Shown: one piece after another, positions 26,150 through 38,352 of the stretch | How the letters are laid out: each line of letters starts with the position of its first letter | Numbering within the stretch: the first letter of the stretch is position 1 | NCBI RefSeq assembly: GCF_006345805.1 | Contig: NW_021825710.1 | Span: 1-64,000, forward strand | From: Octopus sinensis | Taxonomy: Eukaryota | Length of the DNA stretch: 64,000 nucleotides | Direction of reading: 5' to 3' | The notes under the pieces: model-generated | What the model saw: the letters and a program-made list of their open reading frames with translations, nothing else | Told to the model about the DNA's origin: nothing | Databases searched by the model: none | Translations under genes and position numbers: made by a program

Positions 26150-27419
26150 CTTTAAACTAAACTTTAAACAACACAAAACTTCTTTCTTTTTAGTCATATC
26201 ATTAATTTATTTTGATTCCATGATTACATTGTACAACAGTTTTGTTGTTACTTTTAACACCTTGCGTAGCATCTGCTCGAAACCTTATATAATTATTGAG
26301 GTATTCTATACTGAATTACGAAATGGTTCTGATGAAATATTTTCAGTATTTTTAAGGACAAGCAGCCAGCTTAACCCAGGGGCTAAAACCAAAGGTTAAA
26401 GTTTAAAATTCCAATGTTTTGTCACACATTATGAAATATTAATTATGAAATCTGGAGAATTTGTAGTTTTATTTTCGCATTTACACAAGTGGCAAATAAA
26501 TAGCTGTCTCAGCAAAAGATTCGCAAATGAAAACATGACCACAGCTCTTTAAAAACATTGCTAGATGAAGTATGCTGTTTCCGACTCTATCAAGTGAAGT
26601 ACTTCCTTTCTTAAACCCCTTTCAACTCAATTACTTCTACTTAACATGTAATTGTATCTCTTGTTTCTTCCAGAATTCTTGAAGTGAGTTTGCAGTTCAG
26701 CCTTAAAATGAAGTGAGTGACCAGCTACACGTTAAATATATATTCGTTATGTTACCGATATATATTTAGACTCGCAGTGAAATTATCTTGTAGGTCTTCG
26801 CTATTAGTCTGTGTAAGAGATCTTCCTCCCTTTTCCCCTTTTTTCCAAAAAGAAAAAGAAAAATATTTTTCCTCTTTTAAACAAAGCAAAAAACACCCGA
26901 TTCGTATAAATGAACAACGAAAAGTTCTGTTTTTACCATTTTGATTTTTGTCTTGAGTTCAATAAACGAACAAAAGCGCTAATAAAGAATCATCCAAAAT
27001 TCTGACTGTCTCCTTCATCTCAATATACAGTATCTGTACACCACCTCAAACACTCTATACATGTGTGTGTGTGTGTGTGCGCGCGCGCGCGTGCGTGTAC
27101 CGGAAAATAACCGGAAACGTTCTGTGCGGGGCAAGCCAGCTGTAGTTCAAACTTCCACCGCTAGAAGCCACTTGAGGCAAAGATTATTAACAGGAATGTG
27201 AAATTAGTGAAAACAATGAAACGGAATAAATTCGTTCCATTGTTTTTACTAATTTCCTATTCTTCTTAATAAACATTTGGACCGTTTCCAACCCTAACCG
27301 TCTTACTTCCTAAATGTCCGAATAGGTTCCTTTCTTAATATTTATTTCATAATATTATTTTTTTTAAATCTAGTATTTACTATCTTAAGCGTTTTAGGGC
27401 CCCTTACAACATACACCAT

Positions 27420-28462
27420 CTTCTTATTCATTTATTTATTTATCTTACCCCTTATAAATAGCTGGTCTTTTGTTTTTAAATTTCAACCGACCAATTATAT
27501 CGAACGTTGGACCTTGGCCTGTCTCACTTCGGACAAGCTTGCAACGATATTCTCTGAGAACAGGATAAAGTACATCTCACTGTTACAAAGCGGACAAAAA
27601 GATTTACCTTTATCATATGGAAAAGATACAGAGAGAATATTCCATTCCAAATCAAATTGTTTATTATGATCCTTTAGATACCAGATTAATTTACTAAGCC
27701 CAGTATTGTTACGTTTATTAATATGTCTAAATGTAGAGTAATGATTAGATATTCTTTTGGACAACTGAAGAACTACCTCTATAAAAAAAGACATCAGAAC
27801 CGGAAGTAATTTTACATTCAAAAATAGAATTTCTAGTCTTAGAATTACTGCTAAGAAAACGAATGCGATTGGAGTCAACTTCAGAAACAATAACCTTGCT
27901 GTTAACAAAATCAATGTTAGTATTTTCATTAGGTGGATTTCCATTTAACAACTATGCGAAGAGATGATTTGTGAAAGATTTTTTGTGTTAGAAAAACCTG
28001 TCCTGATTCGGTGTGAATAAATAATCGAATAATATCTTGAATTTCTTGGGAAATTCTTTTCTATAGCTTCACGAAACTCGTAAGGTTGGTTGGATTTGAT
28101 CTGCTTACCATATGGAATTATTATCCAAGCAGTTATTAGGGTAATTAGCTTTAAAAGTCCTCGATGTACCTTTATAATGAAAAAAGGGTCTTAAATAACA
28201 GCTATCTCCTTTACGCTGCAGATTTACATTACTCGATTTGGTGTTGTTATTCGAAATAAAATTAATATCGTTATGACTTGATTTCATGTCCTCATTAATA
28301 GAGATAGATTTTATGTCCCCATTAATAGATGTAGAATTAGGATCATAATAAACAATTTGATTTGGAATGGAATATTCTCTCTGTATCTTTTCCATATGAT
28401 AAAGGTAAATCTTTTTGTCCGCTTTGTAACAGTGAAATGTACTTTATCCTGTTCTCAGAGAA
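27420..28462 (-). mobile_element. Penelope-like element 3' part (GIY-YIG) with 5' inverted duplication
   Basis: IFECKITSGSDVFFYRGS...RISNHYSTFRHINKRNNTGLSKLIWYLKDHNKQFDLEWNIL...PYDKGKSFCPLC; about 70 bp at 27546-27620 recurs inverted at 28392-28462. Confidence 0.85.
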
Positions 28463-28937
28463 TCTCCTGGTAAACACATTTATAGAGCGCTTTTATCGTT
28501 GCAAACATTGGCAGAAATATATCTTTAGTTCTTATAAGTGATTTCTACCATTCTTTGACTTCCACTAAATATATCTACTTCCATGCCTTTAAGCTTTATT
28601 CTAGTTCGCCTATCGTTCTACATCTCTCCACTATTAGTTTTCTGCTAATTTCTTTCTTTCTCTTTCTTCTCTTCCTATAAACTACCTTTACGGTGTACCT
28701 ATTAACGGATTTTTTAAAAACAACTTGCTACCGTTCCCTTCATCATATTCGCAGTCATCACATTCTGTTAAAATGCTTATTGATGTGTTTGGTTTCTTTC
28801 TTTCCCTGATAAGAAGATTGCATTGTTTTATACCATTTTATTCCTTCTGGAATAACACCAATGTTTTCTTCGAAACATATGTCGAAAGTAAAAAGATTTA
28901 AATAGCACCTGCGTTTAACTCCATTTATATAAATATA

Positions 28938-29099
28938 GGCGTGGCTGTGTGGTAAGAAGCTTCCTTCCCAACGTCATGGTTCTGGGTTCAGCGTGGCAGC
29001 TTAGGCAAGTGCCTTCTACCATAGCCTCGGGCCGACCAAAACCTTGTGACTGGATTTGGTAGACGGAAACTGAAAGAAGCCCGTCGTATGTGTGTGCGT

Positions 29100-29152
<53 letters not shown>
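28938..29152 (+). mobile_element. SINE family B with (TG)n tail
   Basis: ggcgtggctgtgtggtaagaagcttcc...ggttcag...ggatttggtagacggaaactgaaagaagcccgtc. Confidence 0.85.
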
Positions 29153-29159
<7 letters not shown>

Positions 29160-29434
29160 TAAATGAAAAATAAGAAAATGGAGATATTGAAGTTATAAGA
29201 GTTTATTATCAGCAAAAATTTATCATTATCTCTTACAACTGTTTCAATTAAGCGTAGTGAAAATTCAAAATATTAAAATCATATTTCTGAGCTAATCTCT
29301 TCACAGAGGGAAAGAATGTACCCTTAGAAATATAATGTGTTAGTTGTTTGAATCATCACGGCAGACTGAATAATGCTGTTTATAGTTAGTAATGGTATAT
29401 GTCTAGGCGCGGGGTGGGGTGACAGGTTTGTTAT

Positions 29435-29502
29435 AGGTAAGAGGACGATCAACGATATTGCTGATGTTGTTGGTCTGTCGTATGGGTCTGTGCACACATT
29501 CT
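29435..29502 (+). mobile_element. Mariner transposase HTH fragment
   Basis: KRTINDIADVVGLSYGSVHTF resembles the mariner second HTH; abuts the broken 3' end of the LINE. Confidence 0.55.
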
Positions 29503-32500
29503 TTCACCATGGCCACCAGTACGATGAAAACTGCCTTGCCTTCCCGGTTGAGGGAAGGGGGCGGAGCAATTCTCACGATAGACTCGGCCGATAGGCGGAT
29601 TCGTCCCACACGTGACAGCAGCCGTTCGGCATAAGCCCACAGGTCGGAAATGGTTGGACATTGCACGAGTGCGTGCAGAGCGGTTTCGTCGCTCTGACCG
29701 CATCTCGGGAAAGTCGGTCCAGTGTGTCTGGAACCGTGTCTGTAGAGCTTATCCCGAACAGGTAATGCTTCTCGATAGCACTGCCAGGCCAGGGATCTTT
29801 GGTGATTGTTCATAGGTCCCGGCCCGAAAGTTGTCCTGAACAGGCGGGTCAGGTGTTCCTCGTCGACGCCCAGACTCTGCCCGAGTTCGTCGTCGCACCT
29901 CCCCTCCACTAATCCTCTATAGAATGCCTTTGTTGTGATGGAGTCGCACAAGTTCGATCCCGGACGGCAGAGTTGCTTGAGAGCAACGCGACACTCACGG
30001 TGCCATTCGCCTAGCCTCGGTCTCTGCTTGATCCATGACTGTAGTTCGTCCAAGGAGACGAGCTGCGGGAAAGCGCGCCGCACAAAAGGCGACTACACCT
30101 GTTCACCGTTGTCTATGAAGCGCCGGAGATGTCGCAGTCTCAGCGCATGTCTGCGCATCATCAACCACGGCATGCCCAGCCCTCCATTTAGCGAGTGTTG
30201 GCAGCAAATGGATCGCCTAACCATCGGAACGTTTCCCTTCCACAAGAAGCGGAAGAGTATACGTTCCAGTTTGGTGATGGTAGGGTCGGGACAAGGCACG
30301 ACGGTCAGACGATACTCGATGACGGATGCGATATACGCGTTCGCCACCTCCGCCCGACCTTTTAGGGATAGCTTTCTCTCAGCCCATTTCTGGGTGAGAG
30401 TAGCCACCCTAGTCGTTATCTCGCCCCAGTTCTTCTCCATTTGGAGGTCCGGACCGAACCAGACCCCGAGCAATTTAACCGGTCCGTCCGTCCAGCGTCC
30501 CATGATGGAGACGCTGTTGGACGGCATGGGCTTGCTTCTCCAGGTGCCGAGCCGCAAGCCCACTGGCTTTTCCCGGTTAATTTTTGCTCCCGTTACCGCT
30601 TCGTATTCTTTTAGTGTCTCGCCGACCAGCTCGATGTGCTCGTAGCTCGACACTATGACGGTGACGTCATCCGCGTATGCAGACACGCTCCTCCCGCATC
30701 CCAGCTCTCGTGGGATGCCCCTCAGCGTCGCCAGTTTCCGCAGTAGTGGCTCAAGAGTAAGTACATACAGCAGCGATGAGAGGGGGCATCCCTGACGAAC
30801 CGAACGCATGATGTTAAAAGGTCTGGATAGATGACCATTTACGCGAACTACTGAGTGGATGCCGCTGTATAAGGCAGCGATCCAACCGCGGAAAACTGGA
30901 CCGAAACCAGCCGCTTTAAGGACAGCCTCCAAGTAGTGATGGTCTACCCTATCGAAGGCTTTTGATTGATCCACATTGATCAGCGCCCCACCCATGCCAG
31001 GATTTTTAACTACCCTGTCTATGATGTAGCGCATTAGATGGAGGTTGTCATGAATATTTCTACCCGGCACGGCGCATGTTTGCGCCTTGTCGATTAGTTT
31101 CTTGATGACAAGCGCCAACCTCTCGGCTAACACCTTGGCCAAAATTTTCAAATCTGCGTTGAGCAGAGTGATGGGCCTGAAATTATCTATGACGTCCCCC
31201 TTGTTTGGGTCTTTCTTGATCAGTGCCACTGCTCCTCGCTTTACAAAAGCAGGAATACTCCCGTTCTGCTGCCAGTTGCAGTAGACAGCTGCTAAGACGC
31301 CTCCAAACAATAAAGTTCGTAGGGCAGACCATCCAAGCCTGGTGACTTGTCTCTCGCGCAGCCTACCATCGCATCCTGTACGTCCGCAGCTGTGATAGGC
31401 TTTTCACAAGACTCCACCTCTCTTGCTGAGAGTCGTGGAAAGGCATGCAGGTAGGCACTAAAGTCCACTCTGCGTTCTGACTCACCACTTGTCCCAAACA
31501 GTTGGGTGAAGTGTTGTTGAAAAGCCCCACACATCCTTTTAAGCTCGAGAAATTCGCGCCCCTGTTCATCTATAAGAGACTTGATGGTGGCTCTGTTGCC
31601 TCGTTGCGTCTCCACCACTCGGGCCTCTTGGGCGGCTCCAACTCCTTCGTTCCTCAGAGCACGCATCCTAGCTCTGACAACGCATCCTTCGTGTTTGGCG
31701 TTGAGGTGTTGGTCGAGGGCCAATCTCGCCGCCAGCACGTTGGACGCGATGCCAGTTCTAAGTGCCTCTTCTAAAACCTTAACTAATTCTCCCTCTATTC
31801 TATTTCGGTCTAATGCTAGGGCTCTACTGTATCTGACTGATTCTGCTTTAATTGCTTTTTTTAGGGCATACCACCATCTGTTGTTGATGATGGTACCCGT
31901 CAAAGCTCTCTTAACTAATGTGCTGATCCGGTCCCTGTAAACCTGTCGTGCTGTAAAAGACGCGTTCAGTTTCCAGTAACCAGGACCCTGCCTATGTGTC
32001 TTATCTAAGTCAAGTGTACAAGTCACAAACTTGTGATCTGTGTAACTGACTATATGAAATTGTGGACAACCTACACTATTTTTATCTATTGTCCTACAGA
32101 ATACTCTATCTAAGTATGATCTGGACGACCCGATGCGGTTACTCCATGTCACATTGGCACATTCGGGTGGTCCAGTCGGTACCTGTCAGACAGTTGGAAA
32201 CGTCTGAGCAGGTCTTTGAGGCATTTGCATCCCCTTCTATTGCTATCTCTGCCCACGTAGTCTAGATGCGTGTCCAGGGTGGCATTCCAATCCCCCACTA
32301 AAAGTAATGGACGAGACGTTCCCATGAAAGACTCTAGACGTCGAAAGAAATCTGGTCGGCCTGTTAAGGACGGAGCATAAACTGCTATCAGTCGAAAAGC
32401 ACACTCATTGCTGCCATCGACATCCAAAACGACCAACCTACCCTCCGGGTCTAGGAAATTTGCTCTTACTTTGAGATCCAGACTCTTCGGATAAGCACCG

Positions 32501-32711
32501 CGGTGCCACCTCCGCCCATTCTCGGTAGACACGGAGAAAAATAAATGTTGAAATGTGTACCGAAAATGTGCTGGAGTGCCCGCAAGCTGTGGAGTCTGGT
32601 CTCACTGATGGCTATGATATTCAGATTTAGTGACTTGATGTCATTTAACAGGTAGCCTTGTTTCCAAGGCGACCCCAAGCCACGTACATTTATACTACCT
32701 ATTCTGAGCAT
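29495..32711 (-). pseudogene. Tx1/L1 ORF2 (APE-RT), broken by several frameshifts
   Basis: ORF-track pieces 32466-32729, 32149-32532, 31292-32152, 30093-31310 and 29403-30083. Confidence 0.9.
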
Positions 32712-32749
32712 GTTCCGATAAAAGTGCAAAAAAGGAAAGAGAGAGAGAA

Positions 32750-34935
32750 AAGGTTACTTGTTTTTCGAAAGTTCTTTGTCTTTCACCTCACGGTCTTCTT
32801 CTATGAGGATTTTGTACAGTTTTTTCGATGAGTACTTTTGAAATCTCCCTACTGCATCAGGGTAAAGAGATTTCAGGGTGCTGTATGTGTTCTGTGTCAC
32901 GTGTATTATTTTAATGTGTTGTGGTGGTGTTGTGTGTGGGTGGTTACTTGTTTTTATGTCATTTTCAGTAATGTTAGTGTTTGACCTAATGTGTTCCATT
33001 AGGTCGTGGTTGTTTGTGTTTATGGCTGTCAACATTGTTGGGGAGTTTGATGATGGTGTGTTTGTGTTGATGTGTGTGTTTTCTGTGGATGTTTTTGTTT
33101 CCCGCTTTGTTTGTTATTTTTTCTTTTCTTTTTTTCCCCTTTTCTTCTCCCCCCTGTGGCTATTTGCCAATCTTCCGTGTCTTCTTCGTCTAATGACAAA
33201 TCAGACGAATCGGAGCCTGGAAGAGGGAAAATATTGGGGTCTATTGTCGACTGTGTTGATTTTGTTGTTGGTGTTGGTTGGTGAGCGTTTGGTTGTGGTG
33301 TATGCGGTTTTGGAGGTGGGGTTTGGGTATTTTGTGTTTGAGTGATTGTAGGTATTGTTGTGTTGTTTGGGGTCTCAATTTTGTGGGGATTTGGAGTTGT
33401 AATTGTTTCTTCATTTTTGCTGGGTGTCTTTTTGGCAGATGTCCTTGGTTTGGGAGTTGGTATATTCTTGGTTGTTGTTGTTGGTGATGCTGCTTCTGTT
33501 CTTGGTGCTGCAGTTGGTGTGGTTGTTTGTTTGGTGAGGTTTGTTCCTGCAAAAAGTGTTGTGGGTAGTAAACCTTGTTTATTTGTTTTTGTTTCCGGCT
33601 GCTGTTGTTGTTGCTGTTGTTTTCTTGCGGCAGATTTGCAGTCTTTTTTTAGGTGTTGCTCACTGCCGCATATGTAGCAACGTGGTCTTCTGCCATCGAC
33701 GACCACATATAACTTGTGGTCGTCTGATACACATATCTGGGTGGGTATTTTTTTTATATCTTCATGATGTATATGTAGAAGAAATTCTACTTTTTTTCCC
33801 ACCAGTTTTTATGCTCTGTGACCGTGGTTTCCAAAATAGTAAAATTCGTCATTTTTACGCATAAGGCCTTTACAAGCCATAGATTATTGGCTATTTTGGG
33901 GACATTGTTTAAAGTGATCTTAGTCACTTCTGTCCCCGATAGCTTGGTGTAAGTTGGAGTTCATCTGAGTGAAGAGTTAGCGTTGAGAAACGTCTAGCTA
34001 ACTCTTCGGTGTAGAAAACAACTTGTATGTGGGCAAATTTGTTCCACCAGGTTACATATTCTTTGTGATTCCAGATGGGTTTCAAGCACTTCTCTATTTT
34101 GCTTGTGTTAGCCTTCTCTGGGCTTTTTGTTTTCTTGTTTACTATTTTATAAATGATTGTTCGTCTTTTTTCATCTTCCAAAATGTCTTCTGGTATGTTT
34201 ATCTTCACTATACCATCTGATTCTGTTATTTTAATGTTCGTGTCCTGTATTTGTTGAGCCGTAAAATATATTGTTGTTTTTTTTTTCTTTAATCGCCTCA
34301 GCGAAATTTGTTGTTGTTTTGTTATTGTTGTTGCTTGTGGTGATGTTGTTGTTGGCTGCAGTTTGTAAAATTGGTGTGTTTGGTTCGATTGTGCAAGTAG
34401 GAAGGGGTGGAAAATTATTTTCGTAATTTATCCCTGTACTCAAGCAGCTTTTGTCAATTTGTTTGGTAGCTACAGATTTTTGTTTATTCACTTCAGTTCT
34501 TGTTGTTGGAGTAAAACAGGTCTGAACGGAATTGTTGTTGTTGTTATTGTTGTTTTTGTTGTTGGTGGTGGTGTCAGTGGCAGAAGAGGCAGCCGAGGCA
34601 GCAGATGTCGAAATGGTGGCGCAATTTTTATTTTTGCTGTCATTGTTATTGTTGTTGCTGTTGGTAGTTGAGGTAGTGGATGAGGTGGCGGCGGTGGTGG
34701 TGGTGGTGGTGGTGAAGGCGGTGGTGGTAACAGTAGAAGTGTCTATGTTGTTCTTGCTAGTGGCGGTGTTGGTGACAATGCTGTTACTCCACGTAGTAGT
34801 AGTGTTCAATACACATTCATTCATAATTTTACGTCGCGCGCAAAATTCTTTTTTTTCTCCTAGCTTTTCCAGTCTAGGAGAAATCTGGTCGATAGAGGAA
34901 CGCGACCATTGTTCCACGATAAAATTTCTAGACAT
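32750..34935 (-). pseudogene. Tx1/L1 ORF1 (gag-like, Asn/Thr-rich N-terminus, CCHC knuckle), broken
   Basis: ORF-track pieces 34231-34935, 33924-34208, 33029-33802 and 32754-33035 are collinear. Confidence 0.8.
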
Positions 34936-35139
34936 TTTCGAATGTCAAGAATAAAATTACAGAAATGAAATGGGGTCGAAACTGCCCCTAGGGGCGAATT
35001 CCTCCCTTGGAAAAGCACTCAAATGAAAGTTGGGTGCCTTACACAACTTATTCACAAAAATGTACAGAAAAATTGGGCTATAAATAGTCAAAATAAAGAA
35101 TTACCTTCGGAGTCGATGAGACAACACATCCATAGACAG

Positions 35140-35329
<190 letters not shown>

Positions 35330-35639
35330 GTTTCTTCATTACCCACACAGGGTCGAACACAGAGGTGACAAAATACAATGTAGAGCTTTTCTTTTCGAAG
35401 GAAAAAGAAGAAAACAGAAAAAAGGGGAGAAAATAAATTTCCAATCAAAAGGGATCGTGTATAAAAAAAACGGTCAAAAGGGATCGTGTATCACAGAAAA
35501 TATCAAAAAGGAAGAAATAAATTATTAGGTTTATCTGTGGAAAGAAAAGCTTACGAAAAAGCTCACAGCAACCTCAGGTAGGGAAGGAAAAGAAAAAACA
35601 CGAGTGCAAATAAATATATGGCACTCAATTTTTGGAGAA

Positions 35640-36612
35640 TAGTAGTATATCATAAGAAATATTGAATTTCTAAATCTCTCGTAGAGACATGTACGGTGGT
35701 GGGGCGATAGAATGGTTGTATACTGTCAATCTAACAAGAACGTGACAGTAGGGGGTACACCACCGCTGTATAGCCCTAGGAAGCATCGAACGCCTCCTGA
35801 TAGCTTTGACACATTTTTTCCCTGTGTCCTTATATAGATATACGAAGGGGAGACAAAGACCTCCGGCTGCCGGAACTGCATCTAGGGACACCGTGTTTCA
35901 GGATCATTGTCCTTCATCGGCCTAGAGTAGCAGACACCGGTCAGCTGGTGATATTTGCCTCGACTTCGTAATTCTATATATCTATATTCAGTGAAGTTTA
36001 TTCACTGATTATCAAAATAAGAAATATTGAATTTCTAAATCTCTCGTAGAGACATGTACGGTGGTGGGGCGATAGAATGGTTGTATACTGTCAATCTAAC
36101 AAGAACGTGACAGTAGGGGGTACACTGTCTCCCCTTCGTATATCTATATAAGGACACAGGGAAAAAATGTGTCAAAATAGGAAATAAGAAATGTGTCAAA
36201 ATAAGAAATGTGTCAAAATAAGAAATATTGAATTTCTAAATCTCTCGTAGAGACAGCCGGGGTGTTTGTCTCCCCTTCGTATATCTTTATGTACCCCACG
36301 TCCCGTCTTGTAATGTCCCGTCTGAATTAGGGCCATCGTGCCCATAATAAAGATATAATATCACCAGCTGACCGGTGTCTGCTACTCTAGGCCGATGAAG
36401 GACAATGATCCTGAAACACGGTGTCCTAGATGCAGTTCCGGCAGCCGGAGGTCTTTGTCTCCCCTTCGTATATCTATATAAGGACACAGGGAAAAATGTG
36501 TCAAAGCTATCAGGAGGCGTTCGATGCTTCCTAGGGCTATACAGCGGTGGTGTACCCCCTACTGTCACGTTCTTGTTAGATTGACAGTATACAACCATTC
36601 AGTAGTATATCA
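35640..36612. repeat. About 365-bp unit in tandem/inverted rearrangement (pLTR/retrozyme-like)
   Basis: ataagaaatattgaatttctaaatctctcgtagagac at ~35652, ~36018 and ~36220; inverted copy ~36350-36600. Confidence 0.9.
35882..35925 (-). ncRNA. Type I hammerhead motif, CCGAUGA core (inverted copy 36387-36429 plus)
   Basis: ctagg-CCGATGA-agga caatga tcct-GAAAC-ac g gt-GTC-cctag; stems of 5, 4 and 4 bp. Confidence 0.75.
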
Positions 36613-37589
36613 AATTATATTAAATTATTGAATATTAAATAACTAAATTAAAACTGTTATGTACCCCAAAACAAGATAGACACTTATAAGATTAAATGTG
36701 TGTGTGTATATACATGAATCTATGGGCGTGAATGTATGCAGATATTATACTTGGGGATATTTATGTATGCATGTGTGTATGTGTGTACATATATATATAT
36801 GTATATATATGTGTATGTGTATATATATATATGTGTGTATATGCATATATATATATGTGTGTGTGTGTGAGGGCTGTATATGTATGTGTGTATATGTATA
36901 TATACATATATGTGTGTGTGTATAGATATCTGTATCTGTACATATGCTTAGTAGTGTATGTATATATTTACTAGGGTTTAACTGTAAATATGTGTGGAGA
37001 TATGTGTGTAATTCCATATTTTAATGCTGTGTGTTTCATGCTGTGCTGTATGAGACATACTTATATATATGTGCACGAGTAAGTATATACGCATACACAT
37101 ATACTATAAACTTATAAAGCCAGTAACTTGTAGTGGCGGATTTGTGTAAACTGACCACTCACCACAACGATATCAAATTATAACCTCGAAACTAAGAAGT
37201 GATTTATGACTATTACCACCCCATCAAAGCCAAAATCGTATTCTCAACATCTTATCTCTTTATCTCTTACTCTACCTTATAGTCTCAATTCTTTTATTAT
37301 TGTTTTTATTTTTTTTTAATATTTTTTATATTACTTTATCCTTATTTGGCTAATTCTTATTTATATGTGGTTCTAACTTAATTATCCTTATTTTTACTTT
37401 CTTTAATTTTTTTACTATTTTTTGCGTTTTTTTTTATTTTATTACCCCTGTCTTTTGCTTCCATTGTCTTTTACATCCAGTACCCTTGCCCTTTATTTCT
37501 TATTTTTTTACTTTTTTAACGTTTATTTTTTAACGTTTATTTTTCTCTCTATTTTCTTCTCTCTCTATTTTTCTTTTTTCTTTTTTCCT

Positions 37590-37690
37590 TTTTTCTTTCT
37601 TTCTATCTTTTTTCTTTCTATCTTTTTTCTTTCTATCTTTTTTCTTTCTATCTTTTTTCTTTCTATCTTTTTTCTTTCTATTTTCCTTCC
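37590..37690. repeat. 15-bp minisatellite (tttttctttctatct)n
   Basis: About six copies; produces the spurious KKKDR ORF. Confidence 0.85.
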
Positions 37691-37936
37691 TATCTTTACA
37701 AGAGAAGTGATTATAAACACATTCCAATATATTTAACATTCACTCTATGTTGACTGGTGATACAGTATTGGCAGATTTTCGAAATCCAATGAATCTTTAT
37801 ACAGTTATACAGTTACGAAATTTTACAAACACAATTTCTCAAGGAGATATGATATATATATATTATAATGGGTAATATTACATGTACTTTTCATATTTTT
37901 TATAGTGTGATGTAACTCTTTGGAATAACAATGTTT

Positions 37937-38027
37937 GCGGCCGAAGAGAGCTTTAAACTATCTTTTCTATCAATTATACACTGATGTAAGAACGGGTCGT
38001 TTATAAAGCTTGAAACACGTGCACCGC
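37937..38027 (+). ncRNA. Hammerhead-like motif with long stem II loop
   Basis: gcgg-CCGAAGA-gagcttt...(about 50 nt)...aaagctt-GAAAC-acgt-GCA-ccgc; U16.1 changed to C, so probably inactive. Confidence 0.5.
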
Positions 38028-38162
38028 GATATCCTTTGTGTTCTGTTTTTGATTGTATTTGATATATTCCCTCTCACCTCTGCCACTATCTGGCATATAC
38101 ACATGCTTACAGTTATCAACTATTCACCCTAAATTTACAGTACACTATTATCTATCTATATG

Positions 38163-38207
<45 letters not shown>

Positions 38208-38255
38208 TACATATATACATACATACACACACACATACACACACACACACACACG

Positions 38256-38349
<94 letters not shown>

Positions 38350-38352
<3 letters not shown>

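Larger units (their letters stand above)
29495..35140 (-). mobile_element. Near full-length Tx1/L1-clade LINE (ORF1 plus ORF2), frameshifted and 3'-truncated
   Basis: ORF1 pieces with CCHC knuckle CYICGSEQHLKKDC; ORF2 APE (MLRIGSINVRGL...IAISETR), RT (NFRPITLLNADLKILAK, DQSKAFDRV, VRQGCPLS, SAYADDVT), C-terminal finger (RCGQSDETALHALVQC). Confidence 0.95.

Noticed and set aside
29935-31940. Plus-strand ORFs of 236, 119 and 90 aa over the LINE
   Set aside because: Antisense shadows of the GC-rich ORF2.
37530-37739. Lys/Asp/Arg-rich ORF resembling an NLS protein
   Set aside because: Product of a 15-bp minisatellite.
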